Below are positions 54,872 to 64,000 of a stretch of 64,000 bases of DNA, piece by piece. The stretch is taken from positions 67,208,001 to 67,272,000 of the forward strand of contig OZ024747.1 of assembly GCA_964016885.1 (NCBI GenBank). The letters are read 5' to 3'. The position numbers and the translations under genes are program-made. The first letter of the stretch is position 1; every line of letters begins with the position of its first letter. Below the pieces are notes generated by a model that worked only from the letters and a program-made list of their open reading frames with translations, was not told the DNA's origin and searched no databases. This stretch comes from Eledone cirrhosa. Its lineage: Eukaryota.

Positions 54872-54944
54872 TATATATATATATATAAATATATTACACA
54901 TTTCACAATGCTTCAAGCAAACTTTAACACCCTCTTAAATATAT

Positions 54945-54997
<53 letters not shown>

Positions 54998-54998
54998 A

Positions 54999-55079
<81 letters not shown>

Positions 55080-55100
55080 AATATATATATATTTATAAAT

Positions 55101-55131
<31 letters not shown>

Positions 55132-56915
55132 AAAATATATATATAAATATATATAGTATTAAGGATACTATTTATGGTTATGTATATAATAAAACCTTTT
55201 ATGGTTTATATTTAAACTCTAAATAGTGAAAGACAGTAATTCATTACTATCTTATTACCAGTAAGATAAATAGCTCAATGTAATAACATCAGTTGTTTTA
55301 CAGAGCAGTTATATAGAAATTACATGAATCAAAGTTCAGTTTAAATCATTTATTTGCTTACAATTGTTTCCTCCAAACCGAGGTTTGGATTCTTCGGAGC
55401 AACTATTTCGTGATTTTTCACATACTTGACCTCTTTATCAACACAAGAGACATACAAAAACATATGTATATATTGACCCACAGTGGGCTGACATCCATCA
55501 TAATGATATAGCATGGCAATTTACATACAAAGGTTACATTCATATTAAAGGACAAAATTAAAGTTAAAATTAAAATTAAAATAAAAATAAAACATTGGCA
55601 GTTTATGAAGATAAAGCAAGAGGAAAGTTTAGAGTAGTCAGTGTATGAAACAGTCTCACGTGTGGCATGCACGCGTGTCTTATTTATACAGGATTATAGT
55701 GCGGCAGATTGTTACATGTAAAAACAAGCAGTAAAAGCAGGCAATCAATAGCATCATGGGGGCTGTATTGTTAAAGCATTTTTCACACACACCTGTACGA
55801 TATATAAGCCCGTTTGTAGAGAAACACCCAAAAATATCAAAAATATTACAAATGAGAAGCAAAACAGCACCACTGTTCTCGCACCCACCACCACTCACAC
55901 AATCCAGGAAACGCAATTTATAGATTACATGTCCATCACTCAATCCACGATGATTCAACATTGGGTGTCTGTTGAATCATGATATAAATCATATCTTGTC
56001 GTTTCTTAATTTGATTCATAGATCAGGATGTTTTTGTTGTGAGAGATGACATTGTATTATATTCCGGAAGTGTGTGTGTGACTAAGGGGAGTTAATGCGT
56101 AAGGGGAGTTAATGCGTAAGGGGAGGTAACTAGCTGATTATCATAGTTACATTTATTATCCTAAAGTACATTAATGGTGTTTCAAATGAGTCCCTATCAT
56201 ATAACGTTATAAACAATTTCTAAATTTAAGTATCTTATCTATAAATTACAATGTAGTCTATTAAGAAGTACTAAAGGTGTTCATATCCGTATGATTACCT
56301 TCTATCATGGAGTGCCACAACCGAACATTCTACAAGAGTCAGACCTCCAAATCAATGATCTTTGTAAGTGTAGTCCACCCGCAGAACCTGGCAGGGTCTT
56401 ATTACTATATATGACTCCCGGTAAGCTCTGAGTCATTGTATGTCTGAATGCATGGCAAAGTTAAATATCACCAGGGGGGGTCCAGAGATCAATTCTCTCA
56501 TATAAAGACACTAATCTGGCCATCAAGCCATAGATATACTCATAACTCATATATCACTTGTATATAATTCACTGTACTCAGCATATAGAATATATAGCCC
56601 TTTTAATAAATTCAATACTTAATCTTCTATCTATCCTATGGTGGCACTCCATGCACAGGACAATGTTAGCACAACCAATTCAGTGCCTACAGTTTACATT
56701 AATTATATATTAGTGCAATGTAGTCCAAGTAATTCAATATACCAAAGTAGAAGTACATGGGGATATCTCTAGGGTAAAGGTACTATTAGGGTTAAAGTGG
56801 ACTAATGGGTGTGGAGATGAGGTGTAAGGTGTGCCCCTGATGCTAGTTGCTAGAGGTGGTGTCGGGTTCAAGTCTGACATTGTTATATTTTGGGTTTAAA
56901 GTTTTGGAAAGAGTG

Positions 56916-57956
56916 TCAGAAGCGGTGTTGGCAAGACGCGAACACTTCTGATTTTTTATTAAGGAGGTTATGGTTAGAGAAGATGATAGTATGGGTCTCT
57001 AGTAGACAGAGGTTACAAAATTTATTAGGTGGTTTGTACGATGTCGCATTACCTATCACTTCCCATTTAAGTGTATATGGTTTATTTTTAGTTTTTAGAT
57101 AGTGTATGTAGCTAGATAGTGAAGTGGAGTTGGCTAGACTGTGTTTTTTGAAAGAGTGGAGGTGCGAATTGTATCTAGTTTTGAAGCAGTTAGAAGTAGA
57201 GCCTATATAGGTTTCAGAAGAGTTGGTAGTTGTGACTGTGCATGAGTATATGATATCCTTGATTAAGCATTTTTTATCTAAAGAGCAGGTTCTATTTGAT
57301 CTACAGTTACAATTATTCTGGGTGTTAGTCTGCCGGTTATTATGTTGTGTAGAAGTCTGGATGGTAGCTTTAGGGTTATGGTTATGTGGGTTGTCGTTCC
57401 CAGCGTTATTGTTTACACTAGTGCTATTACTATTATTTCTATTGATATTAGGGTTAGTTGCTATAATGTTATTTTGAAGGTTTATCGTCTGCTGTGATTT
57501 AGTTTGCTGGAAGTAAGAATTAATTTTTCTTTTATTGCTACTAGCTATGTGGTATGCTATGTTAGGCGTAGTAGAGTAGGAGATTTTAATAGTTTTTTTG
57601 TTTAAAAGGCTATGGTACTTGTGGCCGGGTGGGAAGTTTTTATCTAGTAGTGAGAAGAAAGCCCTAGGTAGGTTGGTAGAGACGTTTAGATTGAAAGGAG
57701 GGTTGAAAAATGTATTATTTCTTCTTCTATTTTTGTTTTTTATGTCTGGTGAGTTGTTTCCTTTTATGGTACTATGGTAATTTCTGTGGTGTGGGTTACT
57801 TTTGTTGGTATCATCTCTATTAGTGTGTGTGTGGTTGCTATTACTAACTTTTCTCATGGACATGTTGTGCGAAATAATGTTGTAGCTATGTGTTTTTGTA
57901 GGTAGGAACTCGATCTCTATGTTGTTTAGTCTGTGGCCTTCAGCCTGAGCTGTCAT
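56916..57956 (-). pseudogene. 5'-truncated second Naiad-like Penelope element (linker + GIY-YIG), 3' UTR probably extending toward ~55160
   Basis: FFNPPF, FPPGH.YH..LNK..IKISYS, CNCR..C.L..KC, IIY..YIG, CNLC..E, LNKKSE..CQH; clearly homologous to the 843-aa protein, but the RT is absent. Confidence 0.85.
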
Positions 57957-58632
57957 CTTTTCTGTTTCAGAAGAGTAAAGAAGTATGTGGCTGCTTTGGG
58001 GGAGGGGTTGTTCGGCTTGTGGATCGGAGAGAATTTTTGGAGGGGGGAGGTTGTGGTGATGGTTGTGTTGGCGGGGTGGAGTTAGTGTTTGTCTTTGCTA
58101 CTGTACAAAGAGTTGTTCATTTGTAGTAATAATTACTCATTATTAGATACCTCCAGCCACGAAAGATCAAACAATGGAAGAGTAAATAAAAAAAGAAACT
58201 ACGTTTAGATATCCGCTGTTGACTGCATGGCCTCTTGTGCAGGAAATAGGTACCTGTTGTCATGTCTACCAAATATATATTGCTATTCAACTCTGATGGA
58301 ATTTAATTATATATTCAACGTTTTAGTGTCGGTTGTTGCTTTATTCATTTCTTCACTTGCTTTATCTAAGCAGACGATCGCAACTTTTTATTCTAAAGTG
58401 GAGATTAACTGACAAAATACGAAGAATATTCTGGGAAGAAAATGGAAGAACCATATCTAAAAACATCATAACTAATGTATTTATTACTTATTTCTTCTTC
58501 GTCATCCATTTTCCTTCTTTTCCGTCAATGTTTCTTCGACTGTCTACATCTGTTATTCTCTTACGACACATTACAATTACGAATGGAACGACTTTCAAAG
58601 CAAACATCTTTAGATCGTTTTACCACTAAATT

Positions 58633-58745
<113 letters not shown>

Positions 58746-58762
58746 TCTCTCCCTCTCTCTCA

Positions 58763-58831
<69 letters not shown>

Positions 58832-59185
58832 TCTCTCTCTCCCTCTCTATTCATATATCTATCTATTCATCTATCTATCTATCTATTGATCTATCAATTT
58901 ATCTATCTGTTTATATCGATCCATCTATCAGTCTATAACACGCGCTCTACCCCCACTTTCTCTCTCTATCTACCTATCAATATATTTATCTATATATCTG
59001 TTTACCTGTCAATCTCTATCTATCTATCTGTCTATCTATCTATCTATGTATCTGTCTGTCTGTCTTTCTGTCAACCTATCTATCTACATATTCATTTATT
59101 TATCTAACTATTTATCCGTCCATTCATTTATCTAACTATTTCCTTGACTATATATCTATCTGACTCTCTATGGATCTAACTATCT

Positions 59186-59700
59186 ATGGATCAAACCGCC
59201 AACCTCCTTCAAAAACGAAAGAGAGGCGGTTTTCCTCTGTATAGTGGCTATGGTGAAAGAGGTTATATGGAGGACGAGATTGAGAGGACTGAGGACAGAT
59301 GCCTTTCTCTCCGGACAACAACTCATTCCCTTCTTTAGGTACCACTTTAGAAGGAGAATCAGAATGGAGAGAGAGGCACTGCACCCCAGTAAATTTACTG
59401 AAAGGTGAGTGAATGTTGCAAAAATGGCCCGAGTGATTGGGCCTTCTCTGTTTATAAAACTGTAGGCTGAAGAAGAGAGCAAAAGGAAGTAAGGAGAACT
59501 TGCACAACACGCTCCTGAAGTTGAGGGTTGGTCTATCTACGGGGTATTAAACAACCCATTTGTGGCGCCTCCCCACTATTGGGGATTTCGATTGTTATAT
59601 TTGTTTGTTTCATATTTTTACACGATTGTATGTAAAATCCCCGGCATGTGTGCTTGTTTTGTTCCCTTTTCTTATGCGCCCTTGTGGCTAATAAAGAAAT
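59186..59700 (+). mobile_element. Tx1/L1-like 3' end, diverged
   Basis: Homologous to 63030-63572; ends AATAAAGAAA. Confidence 0.75.
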
Positions 59701-59869
59701 ATATCTATATATATATATATATGTGTGTGTGTGTATGTATGTGTGTGTGTATGTATGTTTGTATGTATCTCTCAATCAATTAATCAACCCATCCATCCAT
59801 CCTTCCATTAATCTACCAATCTATCCCCTTCTTTTTTATCTATCTATCTATCTATTTTCTGTCTATCCT

Positions 59870-60805
59870 TGAGTACCTTCAAGCGCTAACAGCCCTCTAC
59901 CAAGCGAAAACAGCAATCACCGAAGACTCCACTCTATAGGGGATTAGTGGAAGATAATTGCGACGACGTTCTCGGGGAAACTCTAGGCATCGAGGAGAAC
60001 GAACTAAGCAGTCTGTTCGGGAGGACTTTCCGTCCAGGGCCTATGGATAACTTCCAGAGGTTTCTGGCCTGGCAGTGCACCCGAGGAGCTCTACCAGTAC
60101 GTGACAAAATCTACAAGTAGGGACACCCTGGCAGAGATCCTGCCAAAAGGATGCGAGCAGGACATCGAAACCGTTCTGCACGCAATTCTTCAGTGCCCAG
60201 GGATGACCGACCTGTGGAATTATGTCGAACAGCTACTGTCACATGTGGGAGGCATCCAGTTGTCAGCCGAGTCCATGGTGAGGATCACCCCACCGCCTTC
60301 ATTTAAGAATGCAAGTGAGGTGCTTTTCCTCTGTCTGGTGGCTATGGCGAAAGAGCTAATATGGTGGACGAGGTTAAAAGGACTGAGGGAAAACACCTTT
60401 CACTCCGGACAACTTATCCCCTTCTTTAAGTACCACTTCATAAGAAGGTGAAAGTGGAGAGAGAGATGCTACACCCAGTAAATTCGCTGATAGGTGGGTG
60501 AATGTGGCGAAAATCGCCCGAGTGAATGTGCCTTCTCTGTATATAAACCTGTAGGTTGAGGAAGATGAACAGAGGGAAGACGGGAACACTTACAAAACGT
60601 GTTCCTGGTGTTGACGGTTGTTCTATCCACAACCCCGCAGTAACGTTCGCCCCCCCCCCCCCCTATTGGGGATTTTGATTGTTTTATTTTGTATATATTT
60701 TATTGTTATCCATTATTATTGTTAAAGGTTTTATGCAAAATCCCCGCAATCACGACTTGTAATGTCCCATTTTCGTACGCCCCTGTGGCAAATAAAGAAA
60801 TATAT
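59870..60805 (+). mobile_element. Tx1/L1-like 3' fragment, diverged, with stops and frameshifts
   Basis: ETVLHAILQC..DLWNYVEQLL..MAKELIWWTRLKG; ends AATAAAGAAA. Confidence 0.8.
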
Positions 60806-60982
60806 TTATCCATGCATCCTTGCATCCTTCTATATATCTATCTCTCTGTCTGTCTCTCTACTTACCCATATAAATACCTACCTACGTTTCTATCTATTTA
60901 CATACTATGTATCTATCTATCCATCAATCTACCAATCTATCTATCGAACGATCGACATATCTATCTATCTATCTACCTTCTC

Positions 60983-61856
60983 CGACGACGCCCTCGGAGA
61001 AGCCCTAGACATGGAGGAGGACGAACTGGCAAGCCTGTTCGGTAGGACATTCAGCCCGGGACCTATGGACAACTTCCAGAAGTCCCTGGCCTGGCAGTGC
61101 TACCGAGGGGCTTTACCCGTTCGAGAAAGGCTCTACAGACACGGGCGCCCGGGTAGGGACCCCGCCAAAAAGATCTGTCCCAGATGCGTGTGCGACGAGG
61201 AAACCGTTGCACACGCATTGGTACACTGCTCGGGCGTAGCCGATCTGTGGGGCTATGTCGAACAACTGCTGTCAAGGGTGGGACCGATCCGGTTGACCAC
61301 CGAGTCTATTGTAATGATCAAGCCGCCTCCCCCCTTCAAAGATGAAGCAGAGGCGGTGTTTCTGTGCGTAATAGCCATGGCGAAAGAGGTTGTATGGTGG
61401 ACGCGTCTGAAAGGACTGAGGTCAGGCACCTTTCTCTCTGGCCAACAACTGGTCCGTTTCTTCCGATATCATTTCGGAAGAAGGATCAGGATGGAGAGAG
61501 AGGTGCTGCACCCCAGCCGTTTCTATGAAAGATGGGTGAAAGTGGCGAGAATGGCCCGTGTGAATGGGCCTTCACTCTACATCAGACTATAGGTGAGGAA
61601 GATGAAAGACCAAGGGAGCACCCCTTCTCTGTGCTCCTGAGGAGAAGGGTTGCACACTTTTTTCGGGGGTGTGTGCGACCCCCCAAGGCGCCTCCTCTCT
61701 ATTGAGGATTTTGTTAAAAATTTTATTTTTTGTTATATCTTATTTTATTTTTATATTTTGTTATTGCCTCCTCCTTATTGAGGACGCCTTTTTGTGTAAA
61801 CTCCCCCCTTTGTACTTGTCCCACTTTTGATGCCCTAGTGGCAAATAAAAGAAACA
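60983..61856 (+). mobile_element. Tx1/L1-like 3' fragment, nearly identical to 62698-63572
   Basis: Direct repeat at offset 1715; same translation. Confidence 0.85.
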
Positions 61857-61945
61857 TATCTATCTATCTACCTATCAATCTATCTATCGACATATCTATC
61901 TATCCATCGATTGACATAGTTATCTATCTACCTATCTATCAATCT

Positions 61946-63307
61946 ATGGTGTCGACGGCCTCCGAAATCGAGGCGGTCGGCACCTTACTGGAGGAGTACG
62001 AAAAGTTCACAGGGGCTAAGCTGAACCGGGACAAGTCGATCGGTTTGCAACTCGGCACGTGGAGGGGCAGACCGATGCCCTCCGATAGCGTCGTCGGACG
62101 CTGGACGGAGGGCCCGGTGAAGTTGCTCGGGGTCTGGTTCGGACCGGACCTCCAGGTGGAGAAAAACTGGGCGGAGGTTACGAACAGGGTGTTTGCACTG
62201 ACCCAGAAGTGGGCCAGTTGCAAACTATCCCTGAAAGGCCGGGCGGAGGTGGCGAACACCTACATAGCGTCCGTCATCTACTACCGCCTGACCGTAGTGC
62301 CCTGCCCAAGGGAAACCCTCACCAAGATGGAGCGCGCGCTCTTCCAATTCCTTTGGAAGAGGCGGGCTCCTATGGTGAGGAGATCCATCTGCTGTCAACA
62401 CCCTTCGAAAGGAGGGCTGGGGATGCCGTGGCTAATGATGCGTAAACACGCATTAAGGCTACGGCACCTCTACGTATTCCTCACCGGACAACCGGTGTGG
62501 GCCTCGTTTGTGAGACGAACCTTTCCCAGACTCGTCTCACTCACCGAGCTGCAATCCTGGGTCAAGCAAAGACCGAGAAAACTGGGCGCCTGGCACACTG
62601 AGTGTGCCCAGGCGCTCACCGCCCTCTGGCAGGCGGATCCGGTTATCAGTGGAGACTCCACCGCAACATTCTATAGAGGGCTGGTACGCAGCAGGTGCGA
62701 CGACGCCCTCGGGGAAGCCCTAGACATGGAGGAGGACGAACTGGCCAGCCTGTTCGGTAGGACATTCAGCCCGGGACCTATGGACAACTTCCAGAAGTCC
62801 CTGGCCTGGCAGTGCTACCGAGGGGCTTTACCCGTTCGAGAAAGGCTCTACAGACACGGGCGCCCGGGTAGGGACCCCGCCAAAAAGATCTGTCCCAGAT
62901 GCGTGTGCGACGAGGAAACCGTTGCACACGCATTAGTACACTGCTCGGGCGTAGCCGATCTGTGGGGCTATGTCGAACAACTGCTGTCAAGGGTGGGACC
63001 GATCCGGTTGACCACCGAGTCTATTGTAATGATCAAGCCGCCTCCCCCCTTCAAAGATGAAGCAGAGGCGGTGTTTCTGTGCGTAATAGCCATGGCGAAA
63101 GAGGTTGTATGGTGGACGCGTCTGAAAGGACTGAGGTCGGGCACCTTTCTCTCTGGCCAACAACTGGTCCGTTTCTTCCGATATCATTTCGGAAGAAGGA
63201 TCAGGATGGAGAGAGAGGTGCTGCACCCCAGCCGTTTCTATGAAAGATGGGTGAAAGTGGCGAGAATGGCCCGTGTGAATGGGCCTTCACTCTACATCAG
63301 ACTATAG
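61946..63307 (+). CDS. 5'-truncated Tx1/L1 ORF2 C-terminal half (end of RT + CCHC zinc finger), open frame
   Basis: YEKFTGAKLNRDKS, VKLLGVWFG, LSLKGRAEVAN, FLWK, KGGLGMP, CPRC..DEETVAHALVHC. Confidence 0.8.
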   Translation: MVSTASEIEAVGTLLEEYEKFTGAKLNRDKSIGLQLGTWRGRPMPSDSVVGRWTEGPVKLLGVWFGPDLQVEKNWAEVTNRVFALTQKWASCKLSLKGRAEVANTYIASVIYYRLTVVPCPRETLTKMERALFQFLWKRRAPMVRRSICCQHPSKGGLGMPWLMMRKHALRLRHLYVFLTGQPVWASFVRRTFPRLVSLTELQSWVKQRPRKLGAWHTECAQALTALWQADPVISGDSTATFYRGLVRSRCDDALGEALDMEEDELASLFGRTFSPGPMDNFQKSLAWQCYRGALPVRERLYRHGRPGRDPAKKICPRCVCDEETVAHALVHCSGVADLWGYVEQLLSRVGPIRLTTESIVMIKPPPPFKDEAEAVFLCVIAMAKEVVWWTRLKGLRSGTFLSGQQLVRFFRYHFGRRIRMEREVLHPSRFYERWVKVARMARVNGPSLYIRL

Positions 63308-63597
63308 GTGAGGAAGATGAAAGACCAAGGGAGCACCCCTTCTCTGTGCTCCTGAGGAGAAGGGTTGCACACTTTTTTCGGGGGTGTGTGCGACCCCCCA
63401 AGGCGCCTCCTCTCTATTGAGGATTTTGTTAAAAATTTTATTTTTTGTTATATCTTATTTTATTTTTATATTTTGTTATTGCCTCCTCCTTATTGAGGAC
63501 GCCTTTTTGTGTAAACTCCCCCCTTTGTACTTGTCCCACTTTTGATGCCCTAGTGGCAAATAAAAGAAATATATCTATCAATCTATTCCCCTACACC

Positions 63598-63634
<37 letters not shown>

Positions 63635-63687
63635 TCTCTCTCTCTCCCTCCCTCTCTCTCTCTCTCCCTCTCTCTCTCTCTCCCTCC

Positions 63688-63727
<40 letters not shown>

Positions 63728-63771
63728 TTGAGTGTGTGGGTGTGGGTGTGGGTGTGGGTGTGGGTGGGTGT

Positions 63772-63866
<95 letters not shown>

Positions 63867-63969
63867 CGCGTGTGCGTGTGCGTGTGTGTGTGATGAAAAA
63901 CAGCGCGGGATAACAATACAGTTCAATGATGATATATATTAGTTTAATACTTGATATAGTAAGAAAAAT

Positions 63970-64000
63970 GACATAACGTTTCGGACGTTAGTCCTTCGTC
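63970..64000 (-). ncRNA. Minimal hammerhead ribozyme truncated by the window edge
   Basis: Minus strand (CT)GACGA A GGAC TAAC GTCC GAAAC GTTAT GTC. Confidence 0.6.

Noticed and set aside
55465-55510. Possible decayed hammerhead downstream of the second Naiad-like element
   Set aside because: Both core segments are altered; only a stem II-like hairpin remains
61730-61945. Hydrophobic N-terminus of the 525-aa ORF resembling a signal peptide
   Set aside because: It is the previous Tx1 copy's 3' UTR plus TATC repeats that happen to be in frame

Overview
Eukaryotic, AT-rich, repeat-dominated DNA with no recognisable host protein-coding gene. The SINE family and the microsatellite load suggest an octopus or other coleoid cephalopod (inference). 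Contents: a 6.9 kb (TTGGTG)n array; an ~11.7 kb palindrome of two intact head-to-head Naiad-like Penelope retroelements (RT + GIY-YIG) carrying four hammerhead ribozymes; a full-length CR1-type LINE whose ORF1 has two CCCH fingers; a cluster of Tx1/L1 3' ends in (TATC)n; fragments of RLE-type LINEs, RTE, mariner and two further Penelope-like elements; tRNA-derived SINEs; and an intron-containing tRNA-Lys pseudogene. The most striking signal is a set of unrelated non-coding 0.45-1.3 kb units between (TA)n tracts. They share a 'unit + terminal redundancy +/- inverted fold-back' architecture and several carry a type I hammerhead ribozyme, which suggests a Penelope-mobilised retrozyme-like system. 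All coordinates and RNA folds were read by eye.
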